A DNA stretch of 64,000 bases from an uncultured Chitinophagales bacterium (GTDB lineage: Bacteria; Bacteroidota; Bacteroidia; Chitinophagales; JABDMM01): contig CAXDOZ010000001.1 in assembly GCA_963991145.1 (NCBI GenBank), forward strand, positions 6,617 through 70,616, read 5' to 3'. The notes under the pieces are model-generated. The model searched no databases. It saw nothing but the letters and a program-made list of their open reading frames with translations, and was not told the DNA's origin. Shown one piece after another: positions 52,471-61,316 of this stretch. The stretch's first letter is position 1; each line of letters begins with the position of its first letter. The position numbers and the translations under genes are program-made.

Positions 52471-53640
52471 ATGCCCAGAGTTCTAAGAATCATAAATCGA
52501 TTAAATCTGGGTGGACCTACATTCAATGCTTCCTATCTCAGTCGTTACCTACCGGATCAGTATGAGACGCTCTTGGTTGCCGGGATGAAAGATGCCACAG
52601 AAGCCAGCTCTGATTTTATTCCCTTAAGCATGGGCCTGGAACCGCATTATGTAAAGCATATGCACCGGGAGATTAATCCTTTGAAAGACAGGAAGGCGTA
52701 TAAGGAAATGAAGGGGATCATCAAGGACTTTAGGCCTGACATTGTTCATACCCACGCCGCAAAAGCTGGAGCATTAGGAAGGTTAGCAGCTGCAAATTGC
52801 AAAGTTCCGGTAATCGTACACACATTCCATGGTCATGTGTTTCATTCCTATTTCAATCCAGTCAAGACAAGGGCATTTGTGAAGATTGAGCAATATCTGG
52901 CCTCGAAAAGCTCCAAAATCATAGCTATTTCAAATAAGCAGAAGAAAGAGATCGGAGAGGATTTCGGAGTTGCGCCCTTAGATAAGATCGAAGTTATTCC
53001 CCTCGGTTTTGACCTTAGTCGCTTTCAGGAGAATATTGATCTGAAGAGAAAGAAATTCAGAGAGGAATGGGGAATTGAGGATGAAGAGGTTGCAATTGGG
53101 ATCATTGGAAGGCTCGTTCCAATAAAGAACCACCAGTTCTTTCTGGAAGCAATTCAAAGCTTGAGTGAAAAGACCAATATCCCATTTAAGGCATTCATCA
53201 TTGGAGATGGAGAAGATAGAGCTGTCATAGAGAACAAGGCTCGTGAACTGGGATTGATTGATTCAGAGAAGATAATTTTCACCTCCTGGATAAAGGATGT
53301 TGATGAAGCAAATGCCGGGATGGATATTATTGCTTTGACAAGTTTTAATGAGGGCACCCCTGTTTCATTGATTGAAGCACAAGCAGCCAATAAGCCTATT
53401 GTATCGACAAATGTTGGTGGGATTCAGGATATAATACTTGAAAATGATACTGGCTTTCTTAGCGAGCTAAACGAACAAGAAAAATTCGTTTCGGATCTTC
53501 AAAAATTGGTTGAAGATGCCGACCTGAGGAAAAGAATGGGGCAACAGGGATTTGACCATGTAAAAGAGAAGTTTAGCTACCAAAGATTGGTCAATGATAT
53601 GGATAGACTTTATACAAAGCTTCTTAAGGGAGATACTTAA
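52471..53640 (+). CDS. GT4-family glycosyltransferase
   Basis: 389 aa with 'RVLRIINRLNLGGPTFNA', 'IVHTHAAKAGALGR', 'IGRLVPIKNHQFFLEA' and 'SFNEGTPVSLIEAQAANKPIVSTNVGG'. Confidence 0.88.
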   Translation: MPRVLRIINRLNLGGPTFNASYLSRYLPDQYETLLVAGMKDATEASSDFIPLSMGLEPHYVKHMHREINPLKDRKAYKEMKGIIKDFRPDIVHTHAAKAGALGRLAAANCKVPVIVHTFHGHVFHSYFNPVKTRAFVKIEQYLASKSSKIIAISNKQKKEIGEDFGVAPLDKIEVIPLGFDLSRFQENIDLKRKKFREEWGIEDEEVAIGIIGRLVPIKNHQFFLEAIQSLSEKTNIPFKAFIIGDGEDRAVIENKARELGLIDSEKIIFTSWIKDVDEANAGMDIIALTSFNEGTPVSLIEAQAANKPIVSTNVGGIQDIILENDTGFLSELNEQEKFVSDLQKLVEDADLRKRMGQQGFDHVKEKFSYQRLVNDMDRLYTKLLKGDT

Positions 53641-53666
53641 GAGGTGTTAGGTCTAATTTATTAGTT

Positions 53667-54461
53667 TTGTCAAACATCAAAAGAGTGCAATTGAAGTCTT
53701 ATCACATCCGCTATTTTCTACTTCTGGTAGGACTTGCCTTTTTCCTTAATTCATGTAAACTTTTCTATCCTAACAGGATGTTCAAGCAGAAGGATTACCA
53801 ATCTTTCGCTTTAGACCAACCACCTCCTGATGAATATATCATTCAACCAGGAGATGAGCTTTCTTTGAGAGTTTTCTCAAGATCAGGATTTGATCTTGTA
53901 GATGTAGTTGGGAGGTCCAATCAGGGAGGAGCAATGAGACAGGGCAATAATCAATCCTTAGGATTTCCATATTATGTTGATGTCGATGGTTATGTAGATC
54001 TTCCATTACTAGGAATGTACTATGTGGAGGGCTTTACTCAGGCTCAATTGGAAGAGCAACTGGAATCAGAATTCTCTTCTCAATTCAATGATCCTTTTGT
54101 TATGCTCAGGGTCTCAAACAGAAGGGCTTTTGTTTATTTGGGATCAAGTGCAAAAGTGGTCAGGCTAAATAACGCCCCGACCAATCTACTTGAGGTGATT
54201 GCATCTGCAGGAGGATTGGGTAGGGATCTTAAGGCATATAAGATCAAAATCATCAGAGGGGATCTAAGCAATCCTCAGATTATTAAGGTAGACCTTTCAA
54301 CAATTGCAGGTCTAAGAGATGCAGATTTACTTATACAAACAAATGATGTGGTCTATGTAGAGGAGAGATATAAGGTTGTCTCTACTCTTCTAAAAGAACT
54401 TACTCCACTTATCGGACTACTTACTCTTACACTTACCACTATTGCACTTATAAAGAACTAG
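53667..54461 (+). CDS. wza: Outer-membrane polysaccharide export lipoprotein (Wza/OPX family)
   Basis: 264 aa with lipoprotein signal 'LLLVGLAFFLNSC', Poly_export motif 'YIIQPGDELSLRVF' and an SLBB-like 'IKIIRGD...VVYV'. The start is TTG 53667 (alternative GTG 53685). Confidence 0.85.
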   Translation: MSNIKRVQLKSYHIRYFLLLVGLAFFLNSCKLFYPNRMFKQKDYQSFALDQPPPDEYIIQPGDELSLRVFSRSGFDLVDVVGRSNQGGAMRQGNNQSLGFPYYVDVDGYVDLPLLGMYYVEGFTQAQLEEQLESEFSSQFNDPFVMLRVSNRRAFVYLGSSAKVVRLNNAPTNLLEVIASAGGLGRDLKAYKIKIIRGDLSNPQIIKVDLSTIAGLRDADLLIQTNDVVYVEERYKVVSTLLKELTPLIGLLTLTLTTIALIKN

Positions 54462-54473
54462 AGACTTAGGAAC

Positions 54474-56954
54474 GTGAGTCAACCCCAAACAGATAATAAT
54501 ACTCAACAGGAAACCAAGGAAGAAGTAAGATCCACGGTTGTCCAGGATTTCAATCTCGGACTATTAATCTTTGTCTTTAAGGAGAACTGGATCTGGTTGG
54601 TTGTTCTAATTGCTGTCTCTTTTTCTTTTGCTCATATCTATCTGAGATACACACCAGATACCTATCAATCTTCTGCAGAAATAATGCTTACTACCAAGGC
54701 TGAACAGCAGATTCTTGGGGTTGGAGACATTCTGGCAGATAATCAGTTGGAGATAAATAGAGAGATGCAATTGATCAAGTCATCTCTAATTCTTTCAAGG
54801 CTTATAGATAAGCTTCCTTTGAGTGTTTCCTATTTCTCTCAAGGGAGATCAAAGTTTGTTACAACTGACCTCTATAGAAAGTCTCCAGTCACTGTCATTC
54901 CAGGAGATATTGCAAATCCGGCTTTTTCAATTCCAATTACTGTTGAGATTCTTAATGATAAAGAGTATTTGCTGAGTTATGAATTGAATAATGATAATAT
55001 CGGTCTTACCAAAGAATTTGGTGACCAGTATTCTACTCCTCATTTCACAGTAACTATTGTAAAGGAGGAAGATTTTTTTGATGAGTATAATGGCCAATCA
55101 ATTTTCTTCAAGTTTAACTCCGATGACCAGATCGTGAATGATCTATCTAAGAGAATTGAAGTCACACCCATAAACAAGGTGACCAGGTCATTTAACATTT
55201 TATATACAGATCAAACTCCTCAAAAAGCACTTGATATTACAGCAGAACTTACTGAAGAGTTTATCCTTTATGACAAGGAGACCAAGGCTCAAAATATTGA
55301 CCAAATCTTAGGATTCTTAAATATTCAAATTGACACCTTCTCCAAAGGTTATAATATCTATCAGGATTCTATCACAGATTTTCAGACCAGACTGGGGTAT
55401 ATGGGTCCTGATCAAAGGATGAGCAATCTAGTAAGTGATATGAGATCACTTGAAGGAGGGATTACAAAACTTGAGTTGGAGAAAAGTATGCTAAACTGGT
55501 TGTTAAATTATACCAGAACAACAACAGACCTTCAACCGGTAATGGTTTTTGATGAAGCCAATGTCTTTAATAATTTTTCAAAGCAGGTATCTGAGATAAA
55601 CAGACTTGAAACTGAGATTGCCACTCTTAAACTCGACGTTTCTAACAATTACCCAGAGTTAAAGCTGTCAGAGGACCTGCTTTCAAAAGCGAGGCAGAAC
55701 CTGGAGTTGTCTATTGAGAATGCCTTGATAGCCAATGATTCATCAAAAAATCAGGCTCTCTCAAATCTTCAGGAGATCATGCAGAATCTCAACGTGATGC
55801 CTGAAGAACAAAAAGATTATAGCCGAATAGATCGGCAAAAGGGATTTCAGGAAGAGTTCTATGTTGACCTGATCGGGAAAAGAACTAGCTATCAAATTGC
55901 CAAAGCGGGAATTGTAGAGGATTATGTAATTCTTACTAATCCCAAATTACCGAGATCACCAATTGCCCCAAACAAGTTCCTTATTAGATTAGCCAGTATA
56001 GGTGTCGGGATTTTTCTTGGGATTCTATTGATTGCTATTAGATACCTACTTCACCAAAGTATTATCTCAGTACAGGATATTGCGAATAGAACATCCGCCG
56101 CAATCCTCGGTATCATCCCGCGACATAAAGAGAAGCTGGAAAGATCAGCGATCGTAGTTACTCAGAATCCAAAGTCTACGATCTCTGAGTCATTTAGATC
56201 GATCAGAACTAACCTTAAGTTCTTATCAAGTGATGATGGAACTAAAGTGCTTACAGTTACCTCTACTATTCCTGGTGAAGGGAAAACATTCGTTGCGCTA
56301 AATCTAGGGGCTATCTTAAGCCTTTTGCAGAAAAAAGTGATAATGATCGATTGCGATCTTAGAAAGCCTCGTTTGGATAAGATCTTTAAGATCGATTCAC
56401 ATAAAGGAGTTTCTACGATTCTTAGCGGTCAAAGTGATTGGAAGGATTGCATCTATGAAAGTGGAGAAGAGTTTCTGGATTTCATTCCTTCAGGACCTGT
56501 TCCACCAAACCCTTCAGAGCTTATCATGAGGCCAGAGATGCAGCAAATGGTTGATGAGCTGAAGGAGCACTACGATTATATAATAATTGATACACCTCCT
56601 GTTGGTCTTGTTACCGATGCTATCGATTTGATGCACAAAGCCGACATTCCTATCTACATAACACGTGCTGATTATTCCCAGAGATCATTCGTTGAGAATA
56701 TCAATAAGATCATTTATGATAATGATGTAAAGAATATCTCTGTAGTTCTGAATGACTTTGGATCAGGAGCCTCAGGATATGCCTACGGTTATGGTTATAG
56801 CTATGGTTACGGTTACGGTTACGGTTATGGCTATGGCTACGGATATGGTTACGGCTACGGATATGGCGGCTACGGATATGGCCAGGGTTACTATAGTGAT
56901 GATGATGAAGTGAGACCGGGATTCTTTAAACGATTATTCCGACGAAAGAAGTAG
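54474..56954 (+). CDS. wzc: Polysaccharide co-polymerase / BY-kinase (Wzc, PCP-2a) with an extended Tyr/Gly C-terminal tail
   Basis: 826 aa with a GTG start and two TM segments flanking a long coiled-coil periplasmic domain. Walker A is 'STIPGEGKTFVALNLG', Walker A' is 'VIMIDCDLRKPRL' and Walker B is 'YDYIIIDTPPVG'. The C-terminal tyrosine cluster follows. Confidence 0.92.
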   Translation: MSQPQTDNNTQQETKEEVRSTVVQDFNLGLLIFVFKENWIWLVVLIAVSFSFAHIYLRYTPDTYQSSAEIMLTTKAEQQILGVGDILADNQLEINREMQLIKSSLILSRLIDKLPLSVSYFSQGRSKFVTTDLYRKSPVTVIPGDIANPAFSIPITVEILNDKEYLLSYELNNDNIGLTKEFGDQYSTPHFTVTIVKEEDFFDEYNGQSIFFKFNSDDQIVNDLSKRIEVTPINKVTRSFNILYTDQTPQKALDITAELTEEFILYDKETKAQNIDQILGFLNIQIDTFSKGYNIYQDSITDFQTRLGYMGPDQRMSNLVSDMRSLEGGITKLELEKSMLNWLLNYTRTTTDLQPVMVFDEANVFNNFSKQVSEINRLETEIATLKLDVSNNYPELKLSEDLLSKARQNLELSIENALIANDSSKNQALSNLQEIMQNLNVMPEEQKDYSRIDRQKGFQEEFYVDLIGKRTSYQIAKAGIVEDYVILTNPKLPRSPIAPNKFLIRLASIGVGIFLGILLIAIRYLLHQSIISVQDIANRTSAAILGIIPRHKEKLERSAIVVTQNPKSTISESFRSIRTNLKFLSSDDGTKVLTVTSTIPGEGKTFVALNLGAILSLLQKKVIMIDCDLRKPRLDKIFKIDSHKGVSTILSGQSDWKDCIYESGEEFLDFIPSGPVPPNPSELIMRPEMQQMVDELKEHYDYIIIDTPPVGLVTDAIDLMHKADIPIYITRADYSQRSFVENINKIIYDNDVKNISVVLNDFGSGASGYAYGYGYSYGYGYGYGYGYGYGYGYGYGYGGYGYGQGYYSDDDEVRPGFFKRLFRRKK
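56778..56894 (+). repeat. Imperfect hexanucleotide (TAY-GGN)n repeat encoding the (YG)n tail of Wzc
   Basis: The 39 codons 'YAYGYGYSYGYGYGYGYGYGYGYGYGYGGYGYGQGYY' contain 19 Tyr. The codons alternate tat/tac and ggt/ggc/gga. Confidence 0.95.
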
Positions 56955-56956
56955 TC

Positions 56957-58072
56957 ATGCTTGCCCTCTCAGATTATCTATACCCCTTTTACACCGTAGT
57001 ACTGTTGATGTCAGTGCTCTTTTCGGTTTTGATTAATCGATTGATGCTGAAGTTCTCCACTAATCTGGGTGTTAGAAATAAGGATAATATACAACAGGTG
57101 AGATGGTCATCAACCTCAAAACCCGCTCTAGGAGGAATCTCCTTTTTTATCATTTTTCTTATTTCAATCAGCCTTTTAGGAGCTATCCCAACAGAGAATT
57201 CAGACGTTTTTGATCAAAGGGTACTTGGTATTGTAACAGCCTGTATTCTTGGATTCCTTTTGGGTCTGGCAGACGATGCATATAACACTAATCCTCTTGT
57301 GAAATTTATTGGTCAGCTTACCTGTGCATTCATTTTGATCACAACAGGAGTGTCAATTGAATTAACAGGTATCGCCTCTGTGGACTTCATTTTTACAACG
57401 GTTTGGGTTATTGGGCTAATGAACTCGATAAACATGTTGGACAACATGGATGCCATTACCACCACAACATCCATTTTCATCATTCTTGGAGCCATAGTTA
57501 TTCTTGCTGTTTCAGGTCAGTATAACAGCATGTATATGGTTCTGCTGTTAGGAGTACTTGGTGCCTTGATCGGCTTTCTATTCTTCAACTGGAACCCATC
57601 AAGCATGTATATGGGTGATACCGGAAGTCAGTTTCTGGGAGTATATCTGGCAGCTATTTCCATTATTTTCATGTGGAATGGCTTTAAACTGCAGAATGCG
57701 GAAATACTTCAGGTAAAGCAATTCGTTATTCCTGCTTTGCTATTCATTGTTCCTTTAATCGACACAACGACAGTTACCTTTAGAAGACTAATGAGGAAAC
57801 AATCCCCATTCGTAGGAGGCAAGGATCATATAACTCATCAATTAGCAATTCTTGGTCTTTCTGATCGTGGGGTGGCAATAGCTTTAAGTTCCGTTTCTGC
57901 TTTTTCAGTTGTAATAGTAGGATTGCTGGTAAGCGGAACTATAGAGTGGACCTATCAGGTCACATTTGCCTGTGTAATTTATTTCTTCGCCATGCTTGCT
58001 TTCATGCAAGTATTATACAATCGAGCTCAGGCAAAGCTCAAAGCCCGGGAAGCTGATAATCAGGGATCGTGA
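56957..58072 (+). CDS. Polyprenyl-phosphate HexNAc-1-phosphate transferase (WecA/MraY family, initiating transferase)
   Basis: 371 aa with ~10-11 TM segments. Motifs: 'GLADDAYNTNP' (DDxxN), 'LMNSINMLDNMDAI' (a variant of NxxDGxDGL that keeps both Asp) and 'MGDTGSQFLG'. Confidence 0.85.
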   Translation: MLALSDYLYPFYTVVLLMSVLFSVLINRLMLKFSTNLGVRNKDNIQQVRWSSTSKPALGGISFFIIFLISISLLGAIPTENSDVFDQRVLGIVTACILGFLLGLADDAYNTNPLVKFIGQLTCAFILITTGVSIELTGIASVDFIFTTVWVIGLMNSINMLDNMDAITTTTSIFIILGAIVILAVSGQYNSMYMVLLLGVLGALIGFLFFNWNPSSMYMGDTGSQFLGVYLAAISIIFMWNGFKLQNAEILQVKQFVIPALLFIVPLIDTTTVTFRRLMRKQSPFVGGKDHITHQLAILGLSDRGVAIALSSVSAFSVVIVGLLVSGTIEWTYQVTFACVIYFFAMLAFMQVLYNRAQAKLKAREADNQGS

Positions 58073-58446
58073 ATTTATTAGCAGTCTTTATTGGAGGTGG
58101 ATTAGGTAGCGTTTGTCGATACCTTCTTACCATTGCATATCCACTTCAGCCAAATAGCTTCCCCTTTGCAACATTCTTTGCAAACCTGATCAGCTGTTTT
58201 GTTCTAGGCATAGCATTTTACTTCTTCCTAAATAAAGCTGAGGTAAATGAGCCTTTTAAATTGCTTTTAACGGTAGGATTCTGTGGCGGTTTTTCCACCT
58301 TTTCAACCTTCAGTCTGGAGAACCTTCAATTGTATGAGAATGGCAATTATCAAATGCTCATTCTGAATATTGTTCTAAGTATTCTATTAGGAGTAGCCTT
58401 ATGCTGGCTGGGAGTTAAAACAGGAAAGCTTGCTTTTGGCGCTTAG
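58069..58446 (+). CDS. crcB: Fluoride ion channel CrcB/Fluc
   Basis: 125 aa with 'FIGGGLGSVCRY' and 'GFCGGFSTFSTFS'. The GTG start overlaps the upstream stop (GTGA). Confidence 0.92.
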   Translation: MNLLAVFIGGGLGSVCRYLLTIAYPLQPNSFPFATFFANLISCFVLGIAFYFFLNKAEVNEPFKLLLTVGFCGGFSTFSTFSLENLQLYENGNYQMLILNIVLSILLGVALCWLGVKTGKLAFGA

Positions 58447-58874
58447 TCCTGTATCGCAGCGATACACTTTAGCTCAATTGCTATCGGCGTAGGTAGCGCA
58501 TTGATCTCCATGGTTGTACGACAAGGTTGATTATCCTTAAAGTATTCAGCGTACAAGCGGTTAAAAGTTTGGAAGTCGCGCTTCATATCTACTAGAAAGA
58601 CAGTCACGTCAACAAGGTCTTCCCATTTGGAACCACTAGCTTCTAATATTGATCTCACATTATTGAAGACCGAGTGCACCTGAGCTTCGAAATCGAACTC
58701 TTTGAAATTGCCATTGTGATCTAATTCCAGGCCTGGGACTCCGCTGTCATTTGCACCTGATCCTGCAATTCTTGGGCCTACGCCACTTAAAAAAAGAAGG
58801 TTTCCAACTCGTCTCGCATGCGGGTATGAGCCCACTGCCTTTGGTGCTTTATCTGTAGAGATTCTATCGCTCAT
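58443..58874 (-). CDS. RidA/YjgF/TdcF-family enamine/imine deaminase (2-aminomuconate deaminase-like context)
   Basis: 143 aa with 'TDKAPKAVGSYPHARRVGNLLFLSG', 'RTTMEINALP' and 'IELKCIA'. It lies downstream of the ALDH8-like gene. Confidence 0.8.
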   Translation of the reverse strand: MSDRISTDKAPKAVGSYPHARRVGNLLFLSGVGPRIAGSGANDSGVPGLELDHNGNFKEFDFEAQVHSVFNNVRSILEASGSKWEDLVDVTVFLVDMKRDFQTFNRLYAEYFKDNQPCRTTMEINALPTPIAIELKCIAAIQD

Positions 58875-58902
58875 GTCAATTTTTTTTAGTGCTTCGCACC
58901 GA

Positions 58903-60345
58903 TTAGTGATACTTTATGCATACGTTCTTTGGCTCCGTAAAAAAGCGCAGGGCTTCCCATCCTCCTTCACGTCCAACTCCTGATTGCTTTACACCACCAA
59001 ATGGAGTTCTAAGATCGCGCAGCAACCAGCAATTGATCCATACAATACCTGATTGAAGATTCTCAGCTACTCGATGCGCTCTGTTCAGATCCTGAGTCCA
59101 CACCGTTGCAGATAATCCATAAGGAGTGCTATTTGCCATTTCAAGGGCTTCCTCTTCTGTCTCAAAAGGCATAAGAGTTACAACCGGACCAAAGATCTCT
59201 TCCTGATTTGTTCGGCAGGTATGAGCCAGCCCCTCAATGATTGTAGGTCTTAGGAAAAATCCATTCTCACATCTGCCCCCGGGATTCACTTTCTCTCCTC
59301 CGGTTAATACTGTTCCCCCTTCCTCCTTTGCAAGTTGAATGTAACTGTAAACCTTTTCCATATGATCCCTGGAAACGATAGCACCTATATTGGTGTCTCC
59401 CTCGTTTGGATCTCCAACTTTTGCCTTGGAGGTTTTCTCTACCAGGGCATCTCTAAACTTCTCATAGATTCCTTTCTGGATCAGGATCCTACTTCCGCAT
59501 AAGCAGATCTGACCCTGATTTGCAAATGAAGATCGCAGGGTTGTAGCAAGAGCTTCTTCAAAATTGCAATCATCAAAAATGATGTTGGGGTTCTTGCCTC
59601 CAAGTTCAAGTGATAACTTCTTGAACATAGGAGCTGCCGTTCTTGCAAGATGTTCTCCAGTCTTGGTTCCTCCGGTAAAAGAGATCGCTTTAATATCGGG
59701 GTGTTCCACTATGGCCTGGCCGGCCGATGGACCAAGGCCATGAACGATATTCAACACTCCGGGAGGCATTCCTGCTTCAATGCAGATCTCGCTTAGGAGA
59801 TATGCAGTCATTGGAGTTACTTCTGATGGTTTTGCAACAACTGTGTTTCCTGCTGCAATTGCAGGAGCTATTTTCCAGGTAAACAGATAAAGAGGGAGAT
59901 TCCATGGTGAAATACATCCCACTACTCCTATCGGTCTTCTCAGAGTGTAGTTGATCGCTGTTGCTTCCATGAAATGCGACTCCGAAGCAAAATGCATAAT
60001 GGAAGTAGCAAAGAATCTGAAATTACTCGATGCTCTAGGGATGTCAATTGCTGTGGCCAGCTTAACAGGTTTCCCATTGTCCTTCGACTCAGCTGCGGCA
60101 AGGGTAGAAAGCTTTGCTTCAATTAGATCTGCAACCTTTGTCATGATGCGAGATCTTTCAGCTGCCGGTGTATTAGACCATTTAGGAAAAGCAGCTTTCG
60201 CAGCTTCGTAAGCCTTCTGAATATCCTCTGATTGAGAATCAGGGATCTCGGAGTAGACCTCTCCGGTAGCAGGCTCAACATTAGGAAGGTATTGTCCACC
60301 TAAAGGAGCGATAAGCTCACCGTTTATGTAATTCTTCAATTGCAT
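58903..60345 (-). CDS. NAD-dependent aldehyde dehydrogenase, ALDH8A1-like / 2-aminomuconate-(or 2-hydroxymuconate-)semialdehyde dehydrogenase-like
   Basis: 480 aa, colinear with human ALDH8A1 as I recall it: 'SPWNLPLYLFTWKIAPAIAAGNTVVAKPSE', 'LSLELGGKNPNIIF' (catalytic Glu), 'FANQGQICLCGSRI' (catalytic Cys) and 'EEIFGPV'. Confidence 0.8.
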   Translation of the reverse strand: MQLKNYINGELIAPLGGQYLPNVEPATGEVYSEIPDSQSEDIQKAYEAAKAAFPKWSNTPAAERSRIMTKVADLIEAKLSTLAAAESKDNGKPVKLATAIDIPRASSNFRFFATSIMHFASESHFMEATAINYTLRRPIGVVGCISPWNLPLYLFTWKIAPAIAAGNTVVAKPSEVTPMTAYLLSEICIEAGMPPGVLNIVHGLGPSAGQAIVEHPDIKAISFTGGTKTGEHLARTAAPMFKKLSLELGGKNPNIIFDDCNFEEALATTLRSSFANQGQICLCGSRILIQKGIYEKFRDALVEKTSKAKVGDPNEGDTNIGAIVSRDHMEKVYSYIQLAKEEGGTVLTGGEKVNPGGRCENGFFLRPTIIEGLAHTCRTNQEEIFGPVVTLMPFETEEEALEMANSTPYGLSATVWTQDLNRAHRVAENLQSGIVWINCWLLRDLRTPFGGVKQSGVGREGGWEALRFFTEPKNVCIKYH

Positions 60346-60346
60346 T

Positions 60347-61231
60347 CTAAGCCGATTTCTTTGGCCACGGAATTAAGTTAGAAGTTCTGTCGAGATACTC
60401 CTGATAACCAGGTCGACGCTCAAGACTTCTTTTGTCTAACATTGGAATTGAGGCAAAGATGAACATCACTGTAATGGCAAATGCTCCGATGGCTGTCCAC
60501 CAGTATGCTGGATTAGCAGCAATAGCGAATATTACCAGACCCCACCAGAACATGATCTCCCCAAAGTAATTTGGATGAGCTGAGTATGCCCAAAGGCCTT
60601 TATCCATAATGTCGCCTTTCTTTTTTGTTTTGGCAAAGTCTCTCATTTGCTCATCGGAAACAAGCTCAATGGTTACAGCTCCAAAAGTTACGATTGCAGC
60701 TAGAATATCTAAAGCTCCAAATGAATTTACCGCATCAAGCATGGCTGGGTACATAGGAAGACATCCAAGGTATACCATAACTGTAGGGAATAAATGAACC
60801 CCACTTAAGCTCACCAGCCAATAGGTTTTAGGGAACTGGGTTCTAAAATCCGCGTAGCGCCAATCTTCATGAACCAGACCTGGCCAACCTCTAAGGAAGT
60901 TATAGGTAAGACGTATTCCATAATACCAGGACAAGCCAATAACAAGCCAGGATCTAATATCAACTTCTCCGGTAGTTTCATAGGCTACAAAGCCAAGGTA
61001 AGCGGCAATAACCATTGGTTTAACACTCCAATATGGATCATACATGGAGCTGTTATTTACGGCAACACTAAATCCAAAGATCACAAAGGTTGCGGCGATG
61101 TCGGCAATTGCAATAACCCAGAATGGATGCATTTCTGCAGGAAGTTGTTTCCCAACAATGATCGCTACAGAAATCGCAGTAAGGTAGGCGAGGGTCTGAG
61201 TAAGTACTCCTCTGGTTTTAACACTATTCAT
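60347..61231 (-). CDS. DUF1295 / steroid-5-alpha-reductase-like polytopic membrane protein
   Basis: 294 aa, multi-TM, with the C-terminal motif 'GLWAYSAHPNYFGEIMFWWGL'. Its stop lies 1 nt before the ALDH start. Confidence 0.7.
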   Translation of the reverse strand: MNSVKTRGVLTQTLAYLTAISVAIIVGKQLPAEMHPFWVIAIADIAATFVIFGFSVAVNNSSMYDPYWSVKPMVIAAYLGFVAYETTGEVDIRSWLVIGLSWYYGIRLTYNFLRGWPGLVHEDWRYADFRTQFPKTYWLVSLSGVHLFPTVMVYLGCLPMYPAMLDAVNSFGALDILAAIVTFGAVTIELVSDEQMRDFAKTKKKGDIMDKGLWAYSAHPNYFGEIMFWWGLVIFAIAANPAYWWTAIGAFAITVMFIFASIPMLDKRSLERRPGYQEYLDRTSNLIPWPKKSA

Positions 61232-61316
61232 GCAGCCAAAATAGCCAAATTTTGACCTTTGACTTTCAGCTGAACAGATTTAGAAAAGCACTGTCGTGCG
61301 TTGTTTAAAATGCTAA

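Noticed and set aside
56778-56894. The (YG)n-coding hexanucleotide tract as a slippage-prone, phase-variable simple sequence repeat.
   Set aside because: Synonymous codons are interleaved (tat/tac; ggt/ggc/gga), so perfect repeat runs are very short. Any hexamer slippage would stay in frame. The tract looks protein-level selected rather than a contingency switch.
56895-56954. The Wzc C-terminal 'RPGFFKRLFRRKK' as a PEP-CTERM-like sorting signal for the exosortase-like protein.
   Set aside because: There is no PEP motif and no hydrophobic TM helix between the motif position and the basic cluster. The tail is cytoplasmic in BY-kinase topology.
57990-58072. Fluoride riboswitch upstream of crcB.
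   Set aside because: The crcB start overlaps the preceding coding sequence (GTGA), so there is no untranslated leader that could hold a riboswitch.
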